DNA from: a virus
Taxonomy: Duplodnaviria > Caudoviricetes
Strand: one strand, 5' to 3'
IMG/VR virus record: IMGVR_UViG_3300028832_000110
Coordinates: 1 to 64,000 of that record
DNA: 64,000 nucleotides
Shown: in pieces, positions 27,130-37,027 of the stretch
Numbering within the stretch: position 1 is the stretch's first letter
Layout: every line of letters starts with the position of its first letter
Made by a program: the position numbers and the translations under genes
The notes under the pieces: generated by a model
What the model was told of the DNA's origin: nothing
The model's database searches: none
Seen by the model: the letters and a program-made list of their open reading frames with translations, nothing else

Positions 27130-27639
27130 ATGGCAGACTTAATCTTTACCCCTCGTCGCCTGCATCCGGGCGACATCGTTAGAACCGAAGACAGAAAAAA
27201 GTTCTTTCGTGTATCTGGCACAGACAAAGACTTCGTTTATCTGGAGAATAACGATGAACGCAGATACTACCCCTGCGTCTATCCCATCAAACTCCAAGAC
27301 ACGAACGCGATGGAAGCCCTTGGTTTCTTGGTTGCCAAAACACATAGTGACATTCACAAACGCTGTCTAAGGAGATATAGCATCGGCAGAGGCGATTATA
27401 GGATGCTGATGAATGAAATGGAAATGGGGTATTTCCGCGTCAAAGTCCTAAACGTCTCTGAATATCAGAAAGAGAGTGAAGTACCTGCTAAGACCTTCTA
27501 CTATCTCAACGAGGTTCAGCAGTATTTCTACGAGCGTACTGGAGGGCAGGAGTTATATCTTGAAATTCCAGAATCTCTTGGCTTTGAGTTAGAGACCGTG
27601 CATTATTGGGATAATGAAGGTAGAAGCGTAGTCGTATGA
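27130..27639 (+). CDS. Hypothetical protein (family paralog)
   Basis: LHPGDIV...YLNEVQQYF...TG. Confidence 0.65.
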   Translation: MADLIFTPRRLHPGDIVRTEDRKKFFRVSGTDKDFVYLENNDERRYYPCVYPIKLQDTNAMEALGFLVAKTHSDIHKRCLRRYSIGRGDYRMLMNEMEMGYFRVKVLNVSEYQKESEVPAKTFYYLNEVQQYFYERTGGQELYLEIPESLGFELETVHYWDNEGRSVVV

Positions 27640-28082
27640 GAAATGTCAGAGAACTTAGCATCGGCAGCATTGTATGGGTAGCCCAACCAGACGGCAGGGA
27701 ATGGCTCTGTGAGGTCATCGCCATCTATGAAAAGGTGGTGAAGGTTAGGGTTCTGCATTCATCTACTGGAGAGCCGTCTGTCATCGGAAGAGAACAGGCG
27801 TTTCCAAATGGCAGAATCAACGCCCTAACTATCATGGAGCATAATCTGAAAGAAATCGGCTTCATTGAGTCCGACGAAAGATCGTGGAAACTGATGTACT
27901 ATTTCGGCGACATGAGGTTGTACTGGAAATATGACAAGAAAAAGCGTTATAGTACCTTCAAGTTCAAGCCTGACTTCACTCAGAAGCAGTGGGTAAGGAT
28001 AGAATGCGCGTATGTGCATTCGCTTCAGAATATCATGCGCTTTCTCACTGGAGGCGAATTAGAATTCAAATACAATGGATAA
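27636..28082 (+). CDS. Hypothetical protein (family paralog)
   Basis: LSIGSIV...YVHSLQN...TGGEL. Confidence 0.7.
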   Translation: MRNVRELSIGSIVWVAQPDGREWLCEVIAIYEKVVKVRVLHSSTGEPSVIGREQAFPNGRINALTIMEHNLKEIGFIESDERSWKLMYYFGDMRLYWKYDKKKRYSTFKFKPDFTQKQWVRIECAYVHSLQNIMRFLTGGELEFKYNG

Positions 28083-28524
28083 TATGGAAAAAGACGATTT
28101 GGCGATTATCATTCAGCAAATAATTGCAAGGTGCAATGGCGCAGTATTTGAATTGAATCTGATAAAGATGAATGCTGAGTCAGATCGGGAAAAATATACC
28201 TGCGAAAGAATGTGGCATATTCTCGACGAAATCAGAACCATTGCCAAAGACGGGTATGATCCTCGCACAAGTAACGACAAAATTCCGTGTAAGGAGTTGA
28301 TAGACCTCTCTAATGAGTATGAGAATGAAAGACGAAACAAATTGAGTATTTCGGAACTGATTTTCTTTAACTCACATGATTGCAGGCGCGATTTCCGTGC
28401 AGGATTCAGAAAGGCAATATTGGAAATTGAGCACCAGTATTCAATGGCCGTGCTCCATCGTTATGCTTTTCCTTGGCTACACCTTTGCAATTATATGGAT
28501 AAAATGTTAGGCAGAAAGAAATAG
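28075..28524 (+). CDS. Hypothetical protein
   Basis: Coupled ORF. Confidence 0.6.
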   Translation: MDNMEKDDLAIIIQQIIARCNGAVFELNLIKMNAESDREKYTCERMWHILDEIRTIAKDGYDPRTSNDKIPCKELIDLSNEYENERRNKLSISELIFFNSHDCRRDFRAGFRKAILEIEHQYSMAVLHRYAFPWLHLCNYMDKMLGRKK

Positions 28525-28527
28525 CGT

Positions 28528-28899
28528 ATGAAGACAATAACATTACCACTTGAAGAATATAACGAACTCCTTCAAGACCAGAATGATAAAAAGAAGCTGA
28601 TGGAGGAACTGGAGGCTGATGCAAAAGATAGAGGCTTCTTTGTTCAGTACATTACACAATGTTGGGAAAAGAAAGACCCCTCTGGATGGTTTAAAGGTTA
28701 CGATTATATCAGAGAGAAAAATACTTTGAATATAGTTTCCAAAGACAAAGTGTTGGCTGATGCACAAAAGGAAATCGACAGACTTACGAAGCTCAGCGAG
28801 GAACTTTCAGAGAAAAACGCCATCCTTTCCAACGAGAACAATGAACTTAAACTCAGAGGTTTCTTTGCTTTACTATTTAAAAAAGGAATAAAAAAATAA
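28528..28899 (+). CDS. Hypothetical coiled-coil protein
   Basis: Coupled ORF. Confidence 0.65.
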   Translation: MKTITLPLEEYNELLQDQNDKKKLMEELEADAKDRGFFVQYITQCWEKKDPSGWFKGYDYIREKNTLNIVSKDKVLADAQKEIDRLTKLSEELSEKNAILSNENNELKLRGFFALLFKKGIKK

Positions 28900-29027
28900 G
28901 GTATGAAGGCAAAAGAAGAAAACAAAAAGGAATGTATGTATTCCAAAGACCATTACACCGACAAAGATAGAGCCGTTCTTTGCGATGGCTGTGAAATCGA
29001 ATGTAAGTTCAATAAAAAAGATAGCGT

Positions 29028-30035
29028 ATGATAGAGCAAATAAAAGAGAAAATTCTGGCGATCATCGAAAATCATCGTAAACTCCAGAATAATGTCAAAT
29101 CATTCAACCCTGATTTGGCAATGGGATTGCAGGCATTGATAGACGAAGATAACTATATACTCTCAGCTATCAACTCCATGCCAAAATCTGAAAGCGATGT
29201 CTGGCATAACGGAAAAGATAGATCACCATTTGCAGGTAAAGAAATTCTCGTTAGAAGGGGTGACAAAAACTACTATGGCAAATATATCGGTGGTGCTCGT
29301 CGATTTGTTTGTGCTGAAATACGCCTTACCGATGATACAGCAGAAACGTATGCAATAATCAATTATATGTCAGACGATGACAAGTGGGCGTATCTTGATG
29401 ACTTGATCACTTATGACCCAATTTTTAAAGAGCCTCGATTCAAATACAACGAGAAGGGTTATAGTCGATTTGAAAACAAATCGATAGAATTTCGTAATAA
29501 CACACCTTTGATTTCTGTAAATTACAGACAAGGAAAAGGTATTGAAGTTATTAAGCGTTATGCCTACGAATTGCTACAAATCGCTAAAGAAAGTATTATG
29601 GAAGAGCCTGCAAGCAGAGTGTGGCATGATGCAACTGAAGAAAAGCCTATGAACGGAAGTAGGGTTTTAACTGTTCAAAAGGATAATTGCCTGCCCTCAC
29701 TCTGTTTTTATGATAGTGCAAAAGATGTCTATGGTATTTCTCATACATCGCAGAATTTGTCTGTATATCCTTCAAAATGGGCATACGTTGATGACCTACT
29801 CAATCTTACTCACTTGGTGACTAAGAAAAGTGACCAAGAAGAAATTCTTATTCTGAAAGACCAGATAGAATCTTGTCATGCTGCAATGAAATGTAAAGAC
29901 GAATTGTTGGAGATAAAACAAAAGCAGCTAATGGATAAGATGTGTGAATGGCTAAAAAAGAATTTTAATATGCCAAATGACTTTGAGAATCATTTCCGTA
30001 AAGCAATGGAGGAAAAATATGAATGTGGCGTTTGA
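29028..30035 (+). CDS. Hypothetical protein with two DUF551-like modules
   Basis: VWH...P...KWAY(L/V)DDL occurs twice. Confidence 0.65.
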   Translation: MIEQIKEKILAIIENHRKLQNNVKSFNPDLAMGLQALIDEDNYILSAINSMPKSESDVWHNGKDRSPFAGKEILVRRGDKNYYGKYIGGARRFVCAEIRLTDDTAETYAIINYMSDDDKWAYLDDLITYDPIFKEPRFKYNEKGYSRFENKSIEFRNNTPLISVNYRQGKGIEVIKRYAYELLQIAKESIMEEPASRVWHDATEEKPMNGSRVLTVQKDNCLPSLCFYDSAKDVYGISHTSQNLSVYPSKWAYVDDLLNLTHLVTKKSDQEEILILKDQIESCHAAMKCKDELLEIKQKQLMDKMCEWLKKNFNMPNDFENHFRKAMEEKYECGV

Positions 30036-30297
30036 AGAGTTTGCAGATAAGCATTATAGGGAGTATGTGCGCTGTGGCAGATTAATACTTTCCGAATTTG
30101 CAGAGGGTAGCGTTAAACACTATCTTAACACGATATGGCATACTGCTGACGAGAAGCCGCGTGACGGAGTAAGAACCGTAATGTGTACCGACGGAAAGGC
30201 AATGTGGATGGCGATGTCCCATGAGTGTGGCATGGAATCTACACATTGGGCTTACATTGAAGATTTGATTCCAGATAACTTAATAGTAAAAGAATAG
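30019..30297 (+). CDS. DUF551-like hypothetical protein
   Basis: WHTADEKP...HWAYIEDLIP. Confidence 0.65.
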   Translation: MNVAFEEFADKHYREYVRCGRLILSEFAEGSVKHYLNTIWHTADEKPRDGVRTVMCTDGKAMWMAMSHECGMESTHWAYIEDLIPDNLIVKE

Positions 30298-30302
30298 AAG
30301 CA

Positions 30303-30548
30303 ATGACGATAGACTGGTATAATATATTCATGTACGGCTACTATTACCCGACACTTATAGTTGCGATCATCTACTTAATAGATTTGTATCGAACTATAAA
30401 GAAGGGGAAGGAAAAGTATTACTCAAAGCGGATTAACAGGGCTTTTGTTCTGTTTATCCCCATATTTAATCTTATGATTCTCCTTATCTATATATGGATA
30501 GCGTTAGATTATATCATGGATTATGCGATGTCATTACGAAAACGTTGA
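30303..30548 (+). CDS. Small membrane protein
   Basis: Two hydrophobic helices. Confidence 0.55.
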   Translation: MTIDWYNIFMYGYYYPTLIVAIIYLIDLYRTIKKGKEKYYSKRINRAFVLFIPIFNLMILLIYIWIALDYIMDYAMSLRKR

Positions 30549-30846
30549 AGGTGTGGGGAAGGTTCTGATCCCCGGGTGTATGGCAGTAGCCGTTACTGGC
30601 GACATTGATAGATGCACCTGCCATCCCACTTCTTTTGCCTCTTTTGAGCGAGAGAAATATCAGAAGGAAGTCGAACGTCTGAAAAAGATTATAAAGGACT
30701 TGGAGCAAGAAAACGAATATTATGCCAACCTGCTTGAAAGCAACGGCGTGACAATAAAATATAAAGAGAATGAAGTGGAGAAAATACAAGAAGAAATTCA
30801 AGAAGGAAGCCCTGCCAAAATTGAAAGGCTCGATAATCGGCATTGA
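30523..30846 (+). CDS. Hypothetical protein
   Basis: KVLIPGC...CTC followed by a coiled coil. Confidence 0.6.
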   Translation: MRCHYENVEGVGKVLIPGCMAVAVTGDIDRCTCHPTSFASFEREKYQKEVERLKKIIKDLEQENEYYANLLESNGVTIKYKENEVEKIQEEIQEGSPAKIERLDNRH

Positions 30847-31072
30847 TGCGGTTTGGGGAATCCCGATGAAAATCAAGACCGTAAAGCTCGTTAAAGTTGG
30901 CGGTCATCACATCATGCAGGAATATTCCGTTGAGCCTTGCGACAAACAGATGTGGGAAGATGCTCAGAAAAAGATTGATTTCTACGAAAAAGAAATGATA
31001 AGGATGAACGGATTATCTTTGACATTTAACGTACCCAAGCCCGTGCCACTTGATAAAATATTTGGATTATAA
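30770..31072 (+). CDS. Hypothetical protein
   Basis: ORF in operon. Confidence 0.55.
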   Translation: MKWRKYKKKFKKEALPKLKGSIIGIDAVWGIPMKIKTVKLVKVGGHHIMQEYSVEPCDKQMWEDAQKKIDFYEKEMIRMNGLSLTFNVPKPVPLDKIFGL

Positions 31073-31083
31073 CACTATATATT

Positions 31084-31320
31084 ATGGACGAAGTTATTAT
31101 TTATATCATTGCGGTCTATGTTCTGGGAATGTTCTGGAACATATTTATGATGTGGAAATGGCGTAAAAATAGTTATTGCTCTGGCATCGGGGATTACGTT
31201 GCCTGCGCAATCTTTATTCTCTCTTCTTGGTTGTTCTGGTTGGTTTGCGGCGGCTCCTGGGCTTTCTATTTTATTATAAAGGTTTGGGTATGGTTAGTAA
31301 AGAAGATTTCGAGAGAATAG
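31084..31320 (+). CDS. Small membrane protein
   Basis: Hydrophobic. Confidence 0.55.
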   Translation: MDEVIIYIIAVYVLGMFWNIFMMWKWRKNSYCSGIGDYVACAIFILSSWLFWLVCGGSWAFYFIIKVWVWLVKKISRE

Positions 31321-31775
31321 ACGAAGAGTATGCGAAACGTAACCTGAAAGCAGCGGATGAAGCGTTTGGCGCACCAAAGATGTATGTCAGAGCCAACGTA
31401 ATAGACCAAAAATTTCCATTGCTGACTCAACAAGAAATTGAAAGCATAAGTTTCAGATTTCTTAAACACCCATTTCGCATGAGAAAAAAAGACGCAAGAA
31501 AACTGGAGGAATTGCTGATTGAGCACCAACCTTCACGGGAGTCTCAGATTTTTGCAAATCACATTTTCCCCTCTACTCTAACGCCAAAGCCAGAAGATAA
31601 TTGGTTATACGGACAATTTTATAAGGATATGGTTAAAGAAAAGCAAAGAGACAAAATCCTCTTCAAATTCGGAGAGTTTGTCGGTCAGTTGTCGAAGGAA
31701 GAAAAAGTTTCCTTCACAGACATCGTGAATGTATTACTGGAGTTTATTGAAAACAACATCACTAAAAAGAAGTAG
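31290..31775 (+). CDS. Hypothetical protein
   Basis: Likely start MVSKED. Confidence 0.55.
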   Translation: MVSKEDFERIDEEYAKRNLKAADEAFGAPKMYVRANVIDQKFPLLTQQEIESISFRFLKHPFRMRKKDARKLEELLIEHQPSRESQIFANHIFPSTLTPKPEDNWLYGQFYKDMVKEKQRDKILFKFGEFVGQLSKEEKVSFTDIVNVLLEFIENNITKKK

Positions 31776-31776
31776 T

Positions 31777-32241
31777 ATGACAGAGCGAGATTTTATGATC
31801 GGAGATTGGGTTCATTTCGTTACCTACTTTTGTGGCGAATACATAGACACCTATGGACGCATTGTAGGAATAAACCCGATGGAAGGTTCCGTGAAGCCAA
31901 CGACATTCAATATAGAATATTGCAAAGACGGAAAGAGAATTGCCTACATTGGTTGTAGCGTTCGCAGTATTAAGCCAATTCCCATGAATGCTGATATTCT
32001 TAGAAAAAATGGATTCATGCTGTCACGTAATCTGAAACGATATGAATACACAGAATACAAAGATGATGGCTGCGACAAATGCACTGTTCATCTTGACCAG
32101 AAAGACAATCCGTTCCTAATTCAAGTTGAAAAAGTTACAGAATGGTCAAAGGTAGAAAAAGTCAATATCCGTAGTACATTTGTGCATATCCTTCAGCACT
32201 CACTGAAATTGTGTGGAATTCTAAAAAACATAGAATTATGA
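31777..32241 (+). CDS. Hypothetical protein (family paralog)
   Basis: FMIGDWV...FVHILQH. Confidence 0.7.
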   Translation: MTERDFMIGDWVHFVTYFCGEYIDTYGRIVGINPMEGSVKPTTFNIEYCKDGKRIAYIGCSVRSIKPIPMNADILRKNGFMLSRNLKRYEYTEYKDDGCDKCTVHLDQKDNPFLIQVEKVTEWSKVEKVNIRSTFVHILQHSLKLCGILKNIEL

Positions 32242-32411
32242 AGGAAAAAGGAGTGATATTCACATTCCTTGGTGATCGCAAGAATCTGAGAGGAAGATAT
32301 AGGAATGGAAGTTGCATTAAAACTCCAAAAGGATATTTCACGTTCCTTTGGGGAGTATGGCATAGACATATCAATACAGAAGATTTAAAATGGGGTGAAA
32401 TTAAAAAGTAA
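32238..32411 (+). CDS. Small hypothetical protein
   Basis: ATGA overlap with the upstream stop. Confidence 0.5.
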   Translation: MKEKGVIFTFLGDRKNLRGRYRNGSCIKTPKGYFTFLWGVWHRHINTEDLKWGEIKK

Positions 32412-32419
32412 AAATTAAG

Positions 32420-32698
32420 ATGCAGAAAGGTGTTATTTATTGGGGTGAATTAAACGAAGACCTCAACGATGTGCTTCCAAAAGTAATTGAGGAAGCGAAT
32501 GAAACAAACAAAACTATCTGTTTGCAATGGAATGGCGTAGTTGTAAAGGTTATGCCAAGAACTTCGGTTCAATACTGTCTGAATATGTACGAGGAAGAGC
32601 AGAAAAAACAATCCGTTTATTATGACTTCATTCACGGCAAAATTGTTTCCTGCGAGGGTCTGGGTAAGAAAATCGCTAATTTTTTAATGGAATTATGA
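32420..32698 (+). CDS. Hypothetical protein
   Basis: Coupled ORF. Confidence 0.6.
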   Translation: MQKGVIYWGELNEDLNDVLPKVIEEANETNKTICLQWNGVVVKVMPRTSVQYCLNMYEEEQKKQSVYYDFIHGKIVSCEGLGKKIANFLMEL

Positions 32699-33198
32699 AA
32701 AAGGTATATCAGAGAATAGATGACCCAAGACACGGGGATTGCTATAAATGCGTCATCGCAAGCATCCTCGACTTAGACTACGAAGACGTTCCTCATTTCG
32801 TGGAAATGGGAGAGGACTGGCTTATTGAAGCTCAGAAATTCTTCCGCGAACACGGCTACGATTATTCTGGAAAGGAATTGTATAATCCAAAAATCGCATT
32901 CCTCGAAAATCCGACATGGAATGTCTGGGAAAATGTGTGGCCTGCTGACCATTGTACTTTTAACGCTCTGACACCAGACATGGGAATCAACGGCTTGTTT
33001 ATGGCAGGTGTTTACTCACCGAAATACACCAATCCGAATGAGCATCCCATCGACCACCTTCATAGCGTACTCTGTGACATCAATTTCAATATTGTGTTCG
33101 ATCCACAGCCCGAATATGAGAAAGTGGTGAATTATCCATACTCCAGACTCATAGGCTATAACGGCATTCGCTCGATTGACGTAATCAAAAAACTATAA
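32695..33198 (+). CDS. Putative papain-fold (C39-like) cysteine peptidase
   Basis: Q...GDCYKCVIASIL, LHSV, VFDP give a Cys-His-Asp order. Confidence 0.5.
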   Translation: MKKVYQRIDDPRHGDCYKCVIASILDLDYEDVPHFVEMGEDWLIEAQKFFREHGYDYSGKELYNPKIAFLENPTWNVWENVWPADHCTFNALTPDMGINGLFMAGVYSPKYTNPNEHPIDHLHSVLCDINFNIVFDPQPEYEKVVNYPYSRLIGYNGIRSIDVIKKL

Positions 33199-33202
33199 AA
33201 CG

Positions 33203-33481
33203 ATGAAAAGACGAATTTTAAAATTTCAGATCAAAACCTACGGCGAGACCACGATAGAAGTCAGTGGCATAGGAAAAATCCTTTATGTAGGTGTGCAACG
33301 CGGCAATCCATTTGTATGGGTTGAAGTAAATGAATACATTCTCCAGAAAGAAACCAAGAGAATTCGAGTATTCCATACTGGTGAAGACATTCCAGAGGAA
33401 TTGCATAACAAGACAAAGTACATCGGCACTTTCTTGCTCGATGAAGGTAGTTATGTAGGTCATGCCTACCAAATATTGTAG
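33203..33481 (+). CDS. Hypothetical phage protein
   Basis: VGVQRG...W...TG...YIGT...VGH. Confidence 0.65.
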   Translation: MKRRILKFQIKTYGETTIEVSGIGKILYVGVQRGNPFVWVEVNEYILQKETKRIRVFHTGEDIPEELHNKTKYIGTFLLDEGSYVGHAYQIL

Positions 33482-33486
33482 CAGGT

Positions 33487-33720
33487 ATGAAGGTAGAGAA
33501 TTTGGAAACGGCTGAAAGGTTCGCCAAAAAACGCAGAACCTTGTCAGAGGTAGGCAAACTACTGGAATCCCACCCAAGTAGTGCTGAAGTAATTGTGAGG
33601 GTAAATTTCGGTAGCAAAGTCAAAGAGGCATCTATCCAAAACGACACCTTCAATGCCCTCATGTATAAACTGGTTGAGAGTGAGATTGAGAATATTGACC
33701 AATTCGTAAAACAACTATAA
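33487..33720 (+). CDS. Hypothetical protein
   Basis: ORF in operon. Confidence 0.6.
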   Translation: MKVENLETAERFAKKRRTLSEVGKLLESHPSSAEVIVRVNFGSKVKEASIQNDTFNALMYKLVESEIENIDQFVKQL

Positions 33721-33731
33721 TATAATAAGGT

Positions 33732-34070
33732 ATGACTGATGCAGATTTAAAGAGTGAACTCGAAAGACTGGAAAAAACATACAATTTCGAGTCTCAACAA
33801 CTCAGAGAGAAGTTCAGAAAACAGCAACAAGCCCTTCGTGATAAGTGGGCGAAAGAAAACGCTCGTTTCAAAATCGGCGACATAATCAAAGCCGATGATA
33901 AAATCATTGAGGTGGAAAGAATACGAGGCTGTTTTGAATCGTTCTATAAGAATCCTTACGTTATGTATTTTGGCAAAATTCTTACCAAGGCATTAAAGCC
34001 AAGGAAGGATGAAAGTCGTACATCGACCTATGATGATGGCAGAGAAATAATCAAACTCAAATCAATATAA
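33732..34070 (+). CDS. Hypothetical protein
   Basis: ORF in operon. Confidence 0.65.
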   Translation: MTDADLKSELERLEKTYNFESQQLREKFRKQQQALRDKWAKENARFKIGDIIKADDKIIEVERIRGCFESFYKNPYVMYFGKILTKALKPRKDESRTSTYDDGREIIKLKSI

Positions 34071-34076
34071 TAAGGT

Positions 34077-34679
34077 ATGTATATAAGCAATAAAGACGTT
34101 ATCAACGCAGTGGCAGGAGTTATTTATGCCATGCACCCCTACCACAATCCTGAGAATATCGACGATATTATTGAGGCGATTGAAAAAGCATGGAAAGAAC
34201 GTGTTCCAGAAAAAGAGAAGAAAAATACGTTCAAGTTGGTTGATTTCGGAGAATGGGTAGAACTAAAAGCAGTTCTACATGAAATCCTCTGGAATGTAGA
34301 AGCGTTTAAGCAACTGAATATTTCCCGTAAGCTCAAAGACAAAGGCGTAAAGGATGCAGATGACAAACGCAATCAAGGATTCAGAGTTTCGGACAGATAT
34401 TCGGTGGAAACTGAGGACAGTAGATATTCTGACTTCATAGACCTCGACGCTTGCTTGCAGAATATTATTCGCCAGATAAGCGTACTCAAAGAATCCGATG
34501 AAGACTGCTTCCTCTGCAAGTATGCAGAAAGCTATGGCAGCATGAAGCCCGGGGATGAACGTTGTGCCAACTGCCTTTGCAATCCCCAAATAAAATTCCT
34601 CAGAGAGCCGCATCCGATGTCGCTAAAACCTCGAAAAGACTGGACGCAGGAAGAAATAGAGAAATACGATCTACACTAA
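34077..34679 (+). CDS. Hypothetical protein, last gene of the rightward operon
   Basis: 200-aa ORF followed by a terminator. Confidence 0.7.
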   Translation: MYISNKDVINAVAGVIYAMHPYHNPENIDDIIEAIEKAWKERVPEKEKKNTFKLVDFGEWVELKAVLHEILWNVEAFKQLNISRKLKDKGVKDADDKRNQGFRVSDRYSVETEDSRYSDFIDLDACLQNIIRQISVLKESDEDCFLCKYAESYGSMKPGDERCANCLCNPQIKFLREPHPMSLKPRKDWTQEEIEKYDLH

Positions 34680-34716
34680 AAGAAAAGGCGGCTGTCCTCG
34701 CGGATGGTCGCCTTCA
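34678..34716. terminator. Terminator between convergent operons
   Basis: AAGGCGGCTGTCC-TCGC-GGATGGTCGCCTT flanked by an A-tract. Confidence 0.75.
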
Positions 34717-34805
34717 TTGACTACAAAAACTAACGTATAAACAAAATTCCATTGAGAAAATGAGAAATTTTCCTTTCTTTTCCACTAATTTCCCTTAAAA
34801 GAAAA

Positions 34806-35357
34806 TCAGAGATTAAATCCAACGCCAAATCCAATACCAGGTTGAACGCCTGCGGGAGTCAGATATAAACCGCCCTGAAAACCAAACGTCCATCGTTTCT
34901 TTTTCGTAATGGTAGTTGTTATGTTGTTGGTTATGATCTTATGACGCACAAATATACTATCCAGATTGGCATGATAACCACTTACATAAGCCACGTAGCA
35001 ACTATCCTCATATCGCTTCTGCGTAATTGGAATTTCATAGGTGGAATCGGTCTCAGTGATTTCGCCGTCATTATTTATATCGGGAATAGAATCGGAATTA
35101 ACCCCATTTTCTGAGATTAATTCCAATTTTGGGCGAGAATGCGGCTTTTTTACGCTGATTTTTTTCACACTATCCTCACTTACTGGCTTCGGAGCAATGA
35201 AACTATCAACCTTATTTTCGGTTTTAGTTTCTGTTGTGGTCTCTACTTTCTCCACTGGCTCAGTTTTGGCATCCCTATACTGCTTGTAATTGAAGAATAG
35301 GGAAATGCCAAGACCAACCACAAGAAAAAGTATCACATAGAATTCTTTCTTTTTCAT
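34806..35357 (-). CDS. Putative lysis accessory / spanin-like membrane protein
   Basis: N-terminal TM helix, C-terminal beta strands (GIGFGVGFNL); downstream of the endolysin. Confidence 0.55.
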   Translation of the reverse strand: MKKKEFYVILFLVVGLGISLFFNYKQYRDAKTEPVEKVETTTETKTENKVDSFIAPKPVSEDSVKKISVKKPHSRPKLELISENGVNSDSIPDINNDGEITETDSTYEIPITQKRYEDSCYVAYVSGYHANLDSIFVRHKIITNNITTTITKKKRWTFGFQGGLYLTPAGVQPGIGFGVGFNL

Positions 35358-35360
35358 ATC

Positions 35361-35816
35361 CTAAGAGTTTTGAACGTCTGCATACTCCGTAATGGCATTG
35401 AAACACGGGCATTCCTTGATGCGCTCCCAAGGATCGACAATGCCGTTATGGTTTTTGTCGGGAGAAATATCCCGATGACCCATGATTTTGGCATTGGGGT
35501 ATCTTTGGTGCAACTCCATAAGGAGTTTTCTCAGCTCAGCCTTTTGTGCATCGGTACGGTTGTCGATGCCATTGGGGTGCTGCTTGTCAATGCCGCCAAT
35601 CCATGCCACATTGATGGACGTGGAATTATAGCCCTTCACTCCGTTACTAACATAGTCTTCGTGGAGAATCTGCGTTCTCTTGCCGTCTTTGTCAATAAGA
35701 TAGTGATAACCGGGATAATGCCAACCCTTTTTGCGGAATTCCGCAAGAATAGATTGCACGGATGCGTTGATGCTGCTTGCCGTGCAATGTACGAAAATTC
35801 TCTTAATGTCTCTCAT
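35361..35816 (-). CDS. Endolysin, N-acetylmuramoyl-L-alanine amidase (Amidase_2, T7-lysozyme-like)
   Basis: FVHCTA, GYHYLI, GHRD, KECPCF. Confidence 0.92.
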   Translation of the reverse strand: MRDIKRIFVHCTASSINASVQSILAEFRKKGWHYPGYHYLIDKDGKRTQILHEDYVSNGVKGYNSTSINVAWIGGIDKQHPNGIDNRTDAQKAELRKLLMELHQRYPNAKIMGHRDISPDKNHNGIVDPWERIKECPCFNAITEYADVQNS

Positions 35817-35869
35817 ATCGCTATTTACTTTTAATTAATTCGACAAAATTTTCTTCCCCACAAATACCT

Positions 35870-36469
35870 TTAGAAATCGTCGTGATCGAGGATGGTGTTA
35901 TTTTCACCAGAATTTCCTCTGTGCCGTCTGTGGTGCGGTTCATCGGATTTTTCTCCGAGGCTTTCTACGGCATCGCCAATCTCAACGCTTTTGATGCGGA
36001 TAATTCGGCCAAGGAACTTGACGAATAATCTCCAACCATCAACCATGCTGATTTCGGCTTCCATTTTAACGTAGGCGATGTGTCCGATAATTGATGCTAT
36101 CTCACACGCACAACCGATACCAAGGCCAAGGGCAGCAGTCCATACATGGCTGCAAATATCCATAGGCTCAGTGATCGCAAGTCCTATCAAAGCACCGACA
36201 ACGAGATAGGTCATGTAGTCTACGAGCTTGTTGGTAGTACGCCTGCCTGCTCTCGACTTATGCCACTTATGTTTTTCCATTCCGGCTTTGTCACCTTTTT
36301 CCTTCGCCTTTTCATATTTCATGCTGCTTTCGGAATATCCCCACCACAAATCAGCGAGGATTAATGCGACGGAACAGAGAATCATATAGCGCAAGTCATA
36401 GACCACGCCCATCAGTTCAGTGCCAATAGCACCCCATACAACGGCTCTGGGGCCAAGATTCGCTTCCAT
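35870..36469 (-). CDS. Holin (toxin-secretion/phage-lysis type)
   Basis: TM helices; ADLWWG...SRAGRRTTNKLVDY...EIASI; upstream of the endolysin. Confidence 0.75.
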   Translation of the reverse strand: MEANLGPRAVVWGAIGTELMGVVYDLRYMILCSVALILADLWWGYSESSMKYEKAKEKGDKAGMEKHKWHKSRAGRRTTNKLVDYMTYLVVGALIGLAITEPMDICSHVWTAALGLGIGCACEIASIIGHIAYVKMEAEISMVDGWRLFVKFLGRIIRIKSVEIGDAVESLGEKSDEPHHRRHRGNSGENNTILDHDDF

Positions 36470-36472
36470 AAC

Positions 36473-36997
36473 TTAAATAATCTTTGAAGAGTGAATAAGA
36501 AGTGAGGTGACAATGGTAATGTAGCAAATAGCCTCTGCAATAAACACACCTTTTCCGTTAATGAACTTGGGTATGATGCAGTTCTTACCAAGTATGCCAA
36601 CACAAACAGCCATCAAGATACCCATCACACCCCATAGTGCCAGGCACCAAGGGCAAATGAGCAAAACGCATAGCTGAGAGAATATTCCTGCCGAGATACC
36701 AAGCACATTGTGGGCTTTGTTGCTCTCGTTTTTTACGAGAGGCATAGCACCGACGAACAATACGCTTGTTGCAAAGGCATGGGCTATCACGCCAAAGTTC
36801 TCTGGAATAATCTCAAAGAGTGCGGGAGTGAGCGTATATGTAGCCGCCCATATCCATACCGTCCATAACCATTTTCCCTGCTTTGGCAGATAATAGACCA
36901 TAGACGATACGCTATCCGGCAACTCCTTATGCGTCCAAATGGCAGCCCCCGTATAGAGGGCTACCAAAAGGATGGATATTAGTAATAGGATAATCAT
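36473..36997 (-). CDS. Multi-pass membrane protein
   Basis: About five hydrophobic segments. Confidence 0.7.
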   Translation of the reverse strand: MIILLLISILLVALYTGAAIWTHKELPDSVSSMVYYLPKQGKWLWTVWIWAATYTLTPALFEIIPENFGVIAHAFATSVLFVGAMPLVKNESNKAHNVLGISAGIFSQLCVLLICPWCLALWGVMGILMAVCVGILGKNCIIPKFINGKGVFIAEAICYITIVTSLLIHSSKII

Positions 36998-37027
36998 AAC
37001 TTTCGGTCTTTATCCAACATATTACAA

